NCBI GenBank assembly: GCA_913063265.1
Contig: CAJXZG010000080.1
Coordinates: forward strand, 1,742-25,741
Direction: 5' to 3'
Source of the DNA: an uncultured Prolixibacteraceae bacterium
Lineage (GTDB): Bacteria; Bacteroidota; Bacteroidia; Bacteroidales; Prolixibacteraceae
DNA length: 24,000 nucleotides
The notes beneath the pieces are model-generated. The model worked only from the letters and a program-made list of their open reading frames with translations. It searched no databases and was not told the DNA's origin. Numbering within the stretch: position 1 is the first letter of the stretch; each line of letters starts with the position of its first letter. Made by a program: the position numbers and the translations under genes. This document shows positions 1 through 8,139 of this stretch, one piece after another.

Positions 1-61
1 CAGGATTAAAAGCGCTTAAGAATTGGATTAAGATAATTTGGAAAACGGTTGGGATAGGTTT

Positions 62-1177
62 TTATCTTTCCCCTCCATACCAACTTTGCGGAGCATGAGG
101 ATTTTTTCCCGGCTTGCCAGTATTTACTTTCAGCTCAGTATGGATATCCGAAAGCCTGCCGCAATCGGAGATTTGGTTTCCAAAAACAAAATTTTCCAAA
201 CCCGGATTTTCATAATTATTCCCATAAATTCCACGGTTTTTGCATGCTGAAATTGTATTGTTCAGGATATAAACACCCGTCCCAAAAAACATAATCCCGT
301 TGTTCCAGTCGGAGTAACCTCCAGAAACATTTTTTATGGTGTTGTTTTCCACCCAAACATCTCGTTTTTCATTTACACGGTATTTATGTCGGATTGAACT
401 TCCTGTTCCTTCCACCGTAATTGCTGCCTGGTTATATTGCTCACTGGTTCCCGGGTGAATATCATGAATAGTATTGTTTTTTACCGTTACATGAAAACAT
501 TCTCCTTTTACATTGATTCCCTCAGCCTTGCCGGTTTCGTATATATGGTTATCTTCAATCCATATATATTCGCAATTATCAGGGAAAGTGTTACGTCCGC
601 TATAGGAACCGCTGCCAATATAAACTCCTTCAGCCCATTTGGGATTGAATAAACCGGTGTTGTGTATTTCATTCCCGATTACATCAACATATTTTGACGA
701 TCTGCCTACATGACATCCCTCCTGCCCGGTATAAAAAATGTGATTGCTTTTTAAAATGATGTGATCAGAATTTTTTACATAAATACCCCACATGCTATTG
801 GTAAGCGTAAATCCTTCGAGGGCCACATAACTGCATTCCAATATTTCCAGTGAACTGCCCGAAGAAACTGTATCTCCTTTGATTATCACTTCTCCACTAT
901 CAGATGCTTTGATAACCAAGGGGTGTTTTTTTGTGAATTTTTTACCTTTTAAATATATTTTGGAATAAATACCGGGTTTTACCCAAACTGTATCGCCCAA
1001 AACCGTATTGTTTAATACGCTGTTTAAATCGTCTCCGGAATTTACAGTAATAACCCGTGAATGTGCATTAAAATTCAAAATTGAAAATACAAAAATCAGA
1101 AGTACGAGCTTAATTATTTTTCCAGGGATACATTTCATTCTTTTTCCTGCTATTATTGGCTTCAGCATTTTGTTCAT
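62..1177 (-). CDS. Secreted right-handed parallel beta-helix repeat protein (pectate-lyase fold; possibly polysaccharide-active)
   Basis: The ORF track gives 62..1183 with a GTG start. The first in-frame ATG is at 1177, and another at 1138 sits just before a hydrophobic signal-like segment (KIIKLVLLIFVFSILNFNAHS). The body is made of recurring short turns with N-x-[IV] and G-[IV]-x-[IV] signatures (GNEIHN, EDNHIY, KNNTIHD, ENNTIKN, LNNTIS, GNQIS), typical of beta-helix proteins. The exact activity cannot be judged by eye. Confidence 0.7.
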   Translation of the reverse strand: MNKMLKPIIAGKRMKCIPGKIIKLVLLIFVFSILNFNAHSRVITVNSGDDLNSVLNNTVLGDTVWVKPGIYSKIYLKGKKFTKKHPLVIKASDSGEVIIKGDTVSSGSSLEILECSYVALEGFTLTNSMWGIYVKNSDHIILKSNHIFYTGQEGCHVGRSSKYVDVIGNEIHNTGLFNPKWAEGVYIGSGSYSGRNTFPDNCEYIWIEDNHIYETGKAEGINVKGECFHVTVKNNTIHDIHPGTSEQYNQAAITVEGTGSSIRHKYRVNEKRDVWVENNTIKNVSGGYSDWNNGIMFFGTGVYILNNTISACKNRGIYGNNYENPGLENFVFGNQISDCGRLSDIHTELKVNTGKPGKNPHAPQSWYGGER

Positions 1178-1275
1178 ATTCACAGAATTAATTAGTTTAG
1201 AATTATAGAAATTGAAACTAGTTTTTGGTTTCTTTCAAATTTATCATTTTGTAATAAAAGAAAACCATATCAACA

Positions 1276-2136
1276 ATGCAAAAACTATTTATTCTTTTGA
1301 TTCTGTTTTTGGGTTCGGCAAAAATATTCGGTCAGGAACCCGGGGTGATTGAAAAAACAGTTGTTTATAAAAATTTAGCCGGACAGGAACTAAATGCAAC
1401 TATTTTTTATACTGAGGCAAGTCAGCAAAAAACAGGAAATACTGCTTTGGCATTGTTTCACGGCGGGGGCTGGGTGTTTGGCGATCCCTCGGAGTTTTTC
1501 GAAGCTTGTCGCTGGTTTGCCCGCAAAGGGTATGTTGCTGTTTCTTTTCAGTACAGGCTTTCCAGAAATTCTGATGGCACTTATCCCCATCCCGATATTA
1601 CTCCGGTGGAATGTGTAAAAGATGCCAGGTCGGCGCTTCGCTGGTTACGCAGCAATGCTGATGATTATAATATAAATCCGGAAAAAATAGTGGCCGGGGG
1701 ACAATCGGCCGGGGGACAACTGGCATTGTCCACAGCTTTGGTGGATGGAGTAAACGAAATTACTGATAACCTCGAAATCAGTCCGGAACCTAATGCCTTG
1801 TTATTGTATTCGAGTAATGTAAATACACTTGAACCATGGATCGACAATCTTTTGGGTGAAAGGCGAAATGAAATATGGGAAATCTCGCCCTATCATAACC
1901 TTAAAAAAAACATGCCTCCGGCCATAGCTTTTCATGGTGATGAAGACAACCAGGTATTGCCCTATATCGTTCAAATGTTTAAAGCCAAAACTTTAGAACT
2001 GGGAAATGAATATGAATTACATACCTACCCGGGTTTTAAACATTATCTTGGTGAAGGCAATGACAAATATTCACGTTATTTTGATGAGGAAATCCTGGAC
2101 CTCAGTGTTGCTTTTCTTAAAAAGAGGGGATTCTGA
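1276..2136 (+). CDS. Alpha/beta hydrolase, hormone-sensitive-lipase-like (family IV) esterase, probably exported
   Basis: 286-aa ORF with an ATG start. It has an N-terminal signal-like segment (MQKLFILLILFLGSAKIFG), the HGGGW oxyanion-hole motif, a GQSAGG nucleophile elbow (GxSxG), and late D and H residues (HGDEDN, FKHYL) that fit a catalytic triad. Confidence 0.85.
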   Translation: MQKLFILLILFLGSAKIFGQEPGVIEKTVVYKNLAGQELNATIFYTEASQQKTGNTALALFHGGGWVFGDPSEFFEACRWFARKGYVAVSFQYRLSRNSDGTYPHPDITPVECVKDARSALRWLRSNADDYNINPEKIVAGGQSAGGQLALSTALVDGVNEITDNLEISPEPNALLLYSSNVNTLEPWIDNLLGERRNEIWEISPYHNLKKNMPPAIAFHGDEDNQVLPYIVQMFKAKTLELGNEYELHTYPGFKHYLGEGNDKYSRYFDEEILDLSVAFLKKRGF

Positions 2137-2160
2137 GAGGTTTTAGAATTTTACTAATCT

Positions 2161-2325
2161 GATTGGAAATACAACACAGGTTGTGACTTGTGAAAATTCT
2201 CCTCCTGTCAGGAGGAGAAATGAAAAAGTGCACTTATTAAATATGGAATACAACATCAAATTTGACCTACGAACAATTCTCCTCCTGACAGGAGGAGGGA
2301 ACCGCGTTTACAGCGGTGAGGTGGT
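2161..2325. repeat. Nested palindromic MITE-like element, variant copy lacking the left terminal arm
   Basis: It contains the palindrome ttctcctcctgTcaggaggagaa (2196-2219). This is followed by linker variant b (aaatgaaaaagtgcacttattaaatatggaatacaacatcaaatttgacctacgaac, seen again at 3315-3371). Then come a second palindrome ctcctcctgAcaggaggag, the hairpin accgc/gcggt and the tail GGTGAGGTGGT ending at 2325. Confidence 0.7.
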
Positions 2326-2378
2326 CAATTCATTATTCACTTTTCATGAACCTTTATAATCAAGTATATCCGGGAAAA

Positions 2379-2564
2379 ACCACCACCCCGTCATCGAAGT
2401 AAATCAACCAAATCCATGGATTAAACTCTGTCGATGCCACCCCTCCTGCCAGGAGGGGAAATTGGTGTAACTTAAATTTATTTGGAATACAAAACAGGTT
2501 GTGAACTACGAACAATTCTCCTCCTGCGAGGAGGAGGGAACCGCATTTATAGCGGTGAGGTGGT
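2379..2564. repeat. Nested palindromic MITE-like element, full copy (~186 bp)
   Basis: The left end is ACCACCACCCCG. Next are the hairpin catcga/tcgatg, the palindrome cccctcctgCcaggagggg, linker a (aaattggtgtaacttaaatttatttggaatacaaaacaggttgtgaac), the palindrome ctcctcctgCGaggaggag and the hairpin accgc/gcggt. The right end is CGGTGAGGTGGT. The two ends are inverted repeats of each other (ACCACCACCCCG versus ACCACCTCACCG, 10/12 matches). Confidence 0.75.
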
Positions 2565-2568
2565 CAAT

Positions 2569-2934
2569 TTACTTGCTTTTATTCTTTCCAATATCCAATA
2601 TATCCTGAATAATAACCTCCGGGTATTCAAAAACCCATCTGTTTTCGTACCTCAACACTGTTATTCCTTCTTTTTCTAATTGCTCATCTCTTTCTATATC
2701 TCCGGCAATGTTTTGTAAATCAGCATGTATTTCTCCGTCCAGTTCAATGGCCAACATTAATTCATAACAAAAGAAATCCACAATAAAATTTCCTATGGAA
2801 TGCTGTCGACGAAATTTGTACCCACCAACCTGACTTTTCTTTAAAAGCTTCCACAAAGTGGCTTCGGCAGAGGTTGAATTGTTTCTGAGATATTTTCGGA
2901 CAGGTTTTAAATATTCGCGGTTATGAAGGTTCAT
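2569..2934 (-). CDS. DUF559 (Vsr-fold) endonuclease domain-containing protein
   Basis: 121-aa ORF with an ATG start. The translation has the characteristic DUF559 pattern LRNNSTSAEATLWKLL...GYKFRRQHSIGNFIVDFFC...LAIELDGEIH...ERDEQLEKEGITVLRYEN. Its stop codon abuts the end of the repeat at 2564. Confidence 0.85.
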   Translation of the reverse strand: MNLHNREYLKPVRKYLRNNSTSAEATLWKLLKKSQVGGYKFRRQHSIGNFIVDFFCYELMLAIELDGEIHADLQNIAGDIERDEQLEKEGITVLRYENRWVFEYPEVIIQDILDIGKNKSK

Positions 2935-2970
2935 TTTTTTGTTTAAAGGTAGCGGATTTGTGTAAATTTT

Positions 2971-3182
2971 ACCACCACCCCGTCATCGAAAAAACCAAAA
3001 AATTCCAATACATGTGCACAGTCGATGCCACCTCTCCTGCCAGGAGGGGAAATTGGTGTAACTTAAATTTATTTCGAATACAAAAAAGGTTATGAACCAC
3101 GAAAAATTCTTCTCCTGTCAGGAAAGCTCGTCCCGTACTATCAGATCGGGAAGGGGACTCCGAGTACTCGGGGTGAGGTTGT
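2971..3182. repeat. Nested palindromic MITE-like element, full copy with a substituted right-arm hairpin module (~212 bp)
   Basis: The left arm and linker a match the 2379 copy. The right arm replaces the ggaggag/accgc module with two other hairpins (tcccg...cggga and ccgagtactcgg) but keeps the tail GGGTGAGGTTGT. Confidence 0.7.
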
Positions 3183-3235
3183 CAATCCATTTTTCTCTTT
3201 TCATGAACCTTTATAATCAAGTATATCCGGGAAAA

Positions 3236-3423
3236 ACCACCACCCCGTCATCGAAAAAGATAAATGAAATTCATGGCACAAACCGTGTCGATGCCACCCC
3301 TCCTGCCAGGAGGGGAAATGAAAAAATGCACTTATTAAATATGGAATACAACATCAAATTTGACCTACGAATGATTCTCCTCCTGTCAGGAGGAGGGGAC
3401 CGCATTTATAGCGGTGAGGTGGT
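3236..3423. repeat. Nested palindromic MITE-like element, full copy with linker variant b (~188 bp)
   Basis: It runs from ACCACCACCCCG through cccctcctgccaggagggg, linker b, ctcctcctgtcaggaggag and accgcatttatagcggt to GAGGTGGT. Confidence 0.75.
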
Positions 3424-3467
3424 CAATCTTCTTCTTTTAATAAGAGCTATCAAAATCCAAAATCCAC

Positions 3468-3610
3468 AACCACCCCGTCATCGAAAAAAACCAAAAATTC
3501 CAATTCATTTGCACGGTCGATGCCACCCCTCCTGCCAGGAGGGGAAATTGGTGTAACTTAAATTCATTTGGAATACAAAACAGGTGATGAACCACGAAAA
3601 ATTCTCCTCC
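3468..3610. repeat. Nested palindromic MITE-like element, right-truncated copy
   Basis: It has AACCACCCCG, the hairpin, cccctcctgccaggagggg and linker a. It then stops inside the second palindrome (attctcctcc), 35 bp from the stop codon of the esterase gene at 3646. Confidence 0.65.
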
Positions 3611-3645
3611 TTTTTTACAATACGGGCCTTATATCCTTTCGCTAA

Positions 3646-4563
3646 TTAATCAGTTACAATGTTCTTCGGTGGTGCCTTCAAATAACCCAGCGAAACAAAA
3701 AAGGCATCCATCTTATTCACGGTATCGGTAAATGAGCCGTTTGATTTGTTGCCATAATTAAAAAAACCGTGAGCTTCTCCCTCATAGCCAACCAATACAC
3801 AACGATTACCTTCCTTTCTCATTTTTTTTGCAAACATTTCAGCTGTCAGGTAAGGTACGGTTGTATCATTGGTACCATGAAAAATAATGGTCGGAGGCAA
3901 TCCTTTTACCACATTATGATAGGGTGACATGGATTCCGTTGCTGCGCCTAATCTTTTTTCCAGATTCTTAAAACGCTCGTATTGTTCTTTTGTCATTCCA
4001 TCCAATGGAGATAATATCAAAACCGGATTAAAAAGTGCCAGTGCATTGGGTTTAGAACTTACTATAGCATCTTCCTTCTCCTCATCAAACATGGGTAAGG
4101 TAGCTGTAGCCGCTGCCAGGTGGCCCCCAGCAGAACCACCGCCTGCAGCAATACGATTGGGATCTACCCCCAACTCTTCAGCATTTTGCCGTACCCAGCG
4201 AATGGCAGATTTTGCATCCGAAACACATTTGTTTGCCCGAACCTGATGTCTGCTAAATACCCTGTAATCTGCCACCATACTTACCATTCCCCGTGCTGCC
4301 AGGTATTCACACTGAGGCACAAACTGCGTAGGTGAACCACCATTCCAGCCTCCTCCAAAGAAAAAGATTATAGCCGGTTTTTTGTCTCCGGCATTGTGTT
4401 TTGCAGGATTAAAAATCCATAGTTTTAAAGTAACTCCATCAATTTCTTTGTAGATAAATTCTTTGGCATCTTCAATTGTGGGAGGATAGTTTCTCTGCGC
4501 ATAAGATTGAAATTGTGGTCCTGAAAACAAAAGTAAGGCGGTAATTAGGAAAAGGTATTTCAT
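3646..4563 (-). CDS. Alpha/beta hydrolase, hormone-sensitive-lipase-like esterase, probably exported
   Basis: 305-aa ORF with an ATG start. It has a signal-like N-terminus (MKYLFLITALLLFSGPQFQSYA), an FGGGW oxyanion motif, a GGSAGG nucleophile elbow and late HGTNDT / EAHGF motifs. It is a distant paralogue of the ORF at 1276..2136. Confidence 0.85.
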   Translation of the reverse strand: MKYLFLITALLLFSGPQFQSYAQRNYPPTIEDAKEFIYKEIDGVTLKLWIFNPAKHNAGDKKPAIIFFFGGGWNGGSPTQFVPQCEYLAARGMVSMVADYRVFSRHQVRANKCVSDAKSAIRWVRQNAEELGVDPNRIAAGGGSAGGHLAAATATLPMFDEEKEDAIVSSKPNALALFNPVLILSPLDGMTKEQYERFKNLEKRLGAATESMSPYHNVVKGLPPTIIFHGTNDTTVPYLTAEMFAKKMRKEGNRCVLVGYEGEAHGFFNYGNKSNGSFTDTVNKMDAFFVSLGYLKAPPKNIVTD

Positions 4564-4701
4564 GGGTAAGATTTTAATTAGAATACAATGGTATAAATCT
4601 ACTTATAAAATCTTAGTATTTTAAATCTGTCGGATTAATCAACCGGTAACCTGAATCCTCGTTTCAAAGGAGAGGCAGACGGAAAGAATTACAAACCATC
4701 G

Positions 4702-6033
4702 TTAAGCTACAAAACCCCTGTTCATTTGCGGAAGATAAGTATCGATACGAATATTATCGGCTTTTAACATGTGCATTAAATTGTACAAACCAAAAAAAGT
4801 ACGGTTGACATAGATAAAATGTCTCGACCCGCGATTGCCGTTCATATTTCTTAATTCAGTATTTTTTGAATACTGTGCTCCCAACTCGCTAATCCGACTA
4901 AAAAAAGTGCTATTTGAAAAATCAAAAGTTTCCTGTTGAAAGGGTTGTGTAAATAAACTCAACAATTGAAAAAACATTGTGGTAAAAAACTCTATTTCCT
5001 CACGACTATCATCACTCCGAAAAATTTCCAGTTCGTATAATTTAGCCTTAAAAAGCCTTGGGTTATTGATGTTTTCCTTTAACGCTAGTTCAAAATATGG
5101 CGTATAAAAATCATCAGGTATACTTTTTACACAGCCAAAATCCAGTACAATTAGTTCATTATTTTTAGAGACCAAAAAATTTCCGGGATGAGGATCGGCA
5201 TGAAACTTTTTTAAGCCATGAATCTGGTACATATAAAAATCCCACAACGCCTGTCCCAGTTTATTGGCAAGCTGCTTGTCGTTGTTGTTTGCCGCAAAAA
5301 CCGACAAATGTGTACCTTCCATCCAATCCATGGTAATTATCCTTTCTGATGACAGTTCTCTGTAATAGTCCGGAAAGCGCAGATTTTCAATATCCTTGCA
5401 GGCTTCTATCATTTTTAAACTTTCCTCTACTTCAAGAAGGTAATTGGTTTCATCGAGCAATTTTTCTTTCACCTCTTTAAAATAAACATCCGATCCTTTC
5501 CCTTTTATGTTAAACATTTTCATTGCCAGGGGTTTTACCATCGCCAAATCGCTGCTTATACTTTCCGACACCCCGGGATATTGCAATTTTACGGCCAACG
5601 TTTTACCGTCTTTTTTTGCCTGATGCACCTGGCCGATACTTGCTCCGTGTTTGGCTTTTAAATCAAACGAATCAAAAATTTCGCCCGGTGTTTTTCCAAA
5701 ATATTTCTGAAAGGATTTTATTACAAGTGGCGCCGACAGTGGAGGTACCGAAAACTGGGATAAAGAAAACTTATCTATATAAGCCTCAGGCATAATGTTT
5801 TTTTCCATACTCAACATTTGCGCTACTTTTAAAGCACTTCCCTTTAAATTTTTTAAGCCATCGTAAATATCGCTGGCATTCGCCTTGTCCAGTTTTTCCC
5901 TGGCTTCATATTCTGTTGTACTTAGCTTATGGCCGTAATATTTCAGATAATTGACACCTACTTTTGCGCCGGTCTGAAGAATTTTCGAAGCACGCTGAAT
6001 TTTCGTAATCGGAATGTTATCAATGGTTTCCAT
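4702..6033 (-). CDS. ABC1/UbiB/AarF-family atypical protein kinase
   Basis: 443-aa ORF. It shows the ABC1 signature region ...FSVPPLSAPLV...ASIGQVHQAKKDGKTLAVKLQYPGV... and the kinase-like catalytic segment FHADPHPGNFLV...LIVLDFG. Its start ATG overlaps the stop of the upstream TetR gene by 1 nt. Confidence 0.85.
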   Translation of the reverse strand: METIDNIPITKIQRASKILQTGAKVGVNYLKYYGHKLSTTEYEAREKLDKANASDIYDGLKNLKGSALKVAQMLSMEKNIMPEAYIDKFSLSQFSVPPLSAPLVIKSFQKYFGKTPGEIFDSFDLKAKHGASIGQVHQAKKDGKTLAVKLQYPGVSESISSDLAMVKPLAMKMFNIKGKGSDVYFKEVKEKLLDETNYLLEVEESLKMIEACKDIENLRFPDYYRELSSERIITMDWMEGTHLSVFAANNNDKQLANKLGQALWDFYMYQIHGLKKFHADPHPGNFLVSKNNELIVLDFGCVKSIPDDFYTPYFELALKENINNPRLFKAKLYELEIFRSDDSREEIEFFTTMFFQLLSLFTQPFQQETFDFSNSTFFSRISELGAQYSKNTELRNMNGNRGSRHFIYVNRTFFGLYNLMHMLKADNIRIDTYLPQMNRGFVA

Positions 6034-6689
6034 CAGTTGCTCATTACCTTTTCTTTAAACAAAAATTTCCCCAAATCGAATACACTGTTTAATGTGGCCG
6101 TGTCCAGCAGGGCAAATCCTGTGGTAATCGATTTTTCTATTAATACATCGGTTTTTTCAAAATTTGCCGAACCATCTTCCAACCAGAATTTCAGTATAAA
6201 AAGTAACTGGGCCCAACTCCATTCCAAAAGGCCTTTGTTTTTTGCTTTCTCCAGTTTCTCCTGTTTTAAATCAATGGTTTCAATTCCCAAATCCTGAACA
6301 AAAGCGGTAAAGGATTTTTTCAGTTCGCTCAGAGTATTTAATACATTCAACCTGTGCTTCCCTTTGTTCAGCGCAAAAACCACATAACTACGATTAGCTT
6401 TTAGCAGTTCAAAAAATGTATAATAAAAACTTATGAGTTTACTTTTTGCATCAAAATCCTTGTATGCCTCATTTTTGTTTAACAACTCAATGGTGTTATC
6501 AAAAAATGCTTTAAAAATTGATCGCTCTACTTTTTCAAACGAGCCAAAAAAGTTATAAAATTCACTTTCTGTTATGCTTATGTGTTTTGCAAACGCAAAT
6601 ACACTATCTGGTTGTTTACCGTTTTCCAACGTAAACTGCATATACGCTGAAATGATATCGATTCGTGTAATTTCTTTTTTCTTTGCCAT
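6033..6689 (-). CDS. TetR/AcrR-family transcriptional regulator
   Basis: The ORF track gives 6033..6710. I prefer the ATG at 6689 (MAKKKEITRIDIISAYMQFTLENGKQPDSVFAFAKHISITESEFYNFF), which reads as a TetR-type N-terminal HTH followed by a helical C-terminal domain. The start choice is uncertain. Confidence 0.7.
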   Translation of the reverse strand: MAKKKEITRIDIISAYMQFTLENGKQPDSVFAFAKHISITESEFYNFFGSFEKVERSIFKAFFDNTIELLNKNEAYKDFDAKSKLISFYYTFFELLKANRSYVVFALNKGKHRLNVLNTLSELKKSFTAFVQDLGIETIDLKQEKLEKAKNKGLLEWSWAQLLFILKFWLEDGSANFEKTDVLIEKSITTGFALLDTATLNSVFDLGKFLFKEKVMSN

Positions 6690-6887
6690 ATCATTAAAAC
6701 CATGACACATTCTTTTTGTTCAAACATTTAAAAGTATTGATAAACAAATTTGATAGAATATGCCTGATTGCTCAATCTTCGTACTCCTGTAAAACGGGTA
6801 ATAAAAGTGGGTTTTAGAAAATTAAGTTATCTGCTCGTCAAGATTGCTTTAAGCAAAATCGTTCAAATTATTTTGCATGTATTACTC

Positions 6888-6907
6888 CAAAAGTTGGTGA
6901 ACTTTTG
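6888..6907. promoter_or_regulatory. Inverted repeat in the TetR / SOUL divergent intergenic region (candidate operator)
   Basis: caaaagtt-ggtg-aacttttg has perfect 8-bp arms and a 4-bp spacer. It lies about 45 bp upstream of the SOUL-family ATG at 6951. The function is inferred from position only. Confidence 0.25.
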
Positions 6908-6950
6908 CATAACAAAACTGTTTAATTTTTGAACATAAATATTGAACATT

Positions 6951-7574
6951 ATGAAATTTTTATATATATCTTTTGTTTTGACCTTTGTCGTAATCGCTAT
7001 AAGCGGATTGATTTTAAAGGTCAAAGCAGAAACGGAAACACAGAAATATGAAACAATATATCGTGAAGGTAATTTTGAAATTCGGTATTATCCGGTAGCC
7101 ATTATGGCCACTGTAAATATGAATGGTTCCTATGATGATTCAAGAAATTCAGGATTTAGAATACTGGCAGGTTACATATTCGGAGGAAACAAGGAAAATG
7201 AGAAAATTGCCATGACATCACCAGTGCGAATGGGTACCGAAGATTCCGGGAACAGTATGAGTTTCGTTTTACCGTCAAACATGGAGTTTGATAATTTACC
7301 TACTCCAGAGAATGAAAAAATTATCCTGCATCAATCGCAACCGGTTTATGCTGCAGCTGTGCGATATGGTGGATATACCAATGAACGTGAGATTGAAAAG
7401 AAGAAAGCTGAGCTTGTTGAGGTTTTGAAAGGTTTAAATTTAGAGTACGATAGGAATTTTGAGTATCTGGGCTATAATGCACCGTACGACATGATAAACA
7501 GAAGAAATGAGGTTTTGGTAGAGTTGCCCGGATTTAACCCGGAGTTATTTAAGAACTCTATTGCAGTACGGTAA
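6951..7574 (+). CDS. SOUL/HBP heme-binding-family protein with an N-terminal signal or anchor
   Basis: The ORF track starts at a TTG (6942); the first ATG is at 6951 (MKFLYISFVLTFVVIAISGLILKVKA). The family pattern is YETIYREGNFEIRYYP...GFRILAGYIFGGN...IAMTSPV...YAAAVRYGGY. Confidence 0.8.
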   Translation: MKFLYISFVLTFVVIAISGLILKVKAETETQKYETIYREGNFEIRYYPVAIMATVNMNGSYDDSRNSGFRILAGYIFGGNKENEKIAMTSPVRMGTEDSGNSMSFVLPSNMEFDNLPTPENEKIILHQSQPVYAAAVRYGGYTNEREIEKKKAELVEVLKGLNLEYDRNFEYLGYNAPYDMINRRNEVLVELPGFNPELFKNSIAVR

Positions 7575-7590
7575 TCAAAAATTTAAAGTC

Positions 7591-7761
7591 ATGAAGGAAA
7601 ATTTTGTACACACGGATTTAACAAGGCTATCCAAAGAATTAATGAAGTTAATGAAGGAAGCCAATTTACTGGGAATTATAAATAAAAAGTTGGCCAAACA
7701 ACGTTTGGAGCGAGCACATTGTGTGGCTTTACAAATCACTGCTTTGAGGTTTATGAATTAG
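7591..7761 (+). CDS. Small hypothetical protein (56 aa), doubtful
   Basis: The ATG at 7591 lies 16 nt after the SOUL-family stop codon. The lysine/leucine-rich helical-looking peptide has no recognisable motif. Coding status is unsupported beyond ORF length. Confidence 0.2.
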   Translation: MKENFVHTDLTRLSKELMKLMKEANLLGIINKKLAKQRLERAHCVALQITALRFMN

Positions 7762-7910
7762 TATGTGAAACTCAGATCAGGATTTTGATTATCCGTTAGG
7801 TTGGAGATATTCCGTTTAAAATATTTGCAAACAGGTTTAAATACTGGATTTTCAAGGTGGCAAGGATTTAACCACCTTAGCCAGGCTAAATGATTAAAAG
7901 CTAAAACACA

Positions 7911-8065
7911 ACCACCCCGCCTCGTGTAAACTGAGGCACCCCTCCTGACAGGAGGGGAAATTTGTGCTACTCCACCAATATTTGAGATAAAAAAATAAAA
8001 TTCATTCCTCGAACAATTCTCCTCCTTACAGGAGGAGGGGACCGCATTTATAGCGGTGTGGTGGT
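7911..8065. repeat. Nested palindromic MITE-like element, isolated copy (~155 bp)
   Basis: It contains ACCACCCCGC, the hairpin gcctc/gaggc (a different sequence from the other copies in the same position), cccctcctgAcaggagggg, a divergent linker, ctcctccttacaggaggag and accgcatttatagcggt, ending in GTGGTGGT. Confidence 0.7.
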
Positions 8066-8139
8066 ATTCTAATTCAACAAAACAATATCACACTTGCTCC
8101 AACTATGAGCCTGTCCAGATTGAAGCATCAGGAGAGGAA

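Noticed and set aside
3092-3556. 154-aa track ORF (also 2482..2679, 8056..8379 and 11197..11391) as protein-coding genes.
   Set aside because: They read straight through the palindromic repeats. The same peptides (for example LLLSGGGDRIYSGEVVN) recur only because the DNA repeat recurs. They lack gene-like composition and start context.
2161-3610. The repeat cluster could be a CRISPR array.
   Set aside because: The units are 150-210 bp and internally palindromic. The sequences between conserved blocks are themselves repeated (two 53-bp fillers are near-identical, and there are two recurring linker variants). Spacing is irregular and no cas genes are present.
5523-6297. Antisense track ORFs inside long genes (5523..5795, 5929..6297, and likewise 437..652, 3929..4246, 9071..9298, 12766..12963, 14498..14713, 16837..17043, 20950..21240, 22495..22731).
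   Set aside because: Each is fully embedded in, or opposite to, a much longer ORF with clear family motifs. Their translations are low-complexity or hydrophobic noise.
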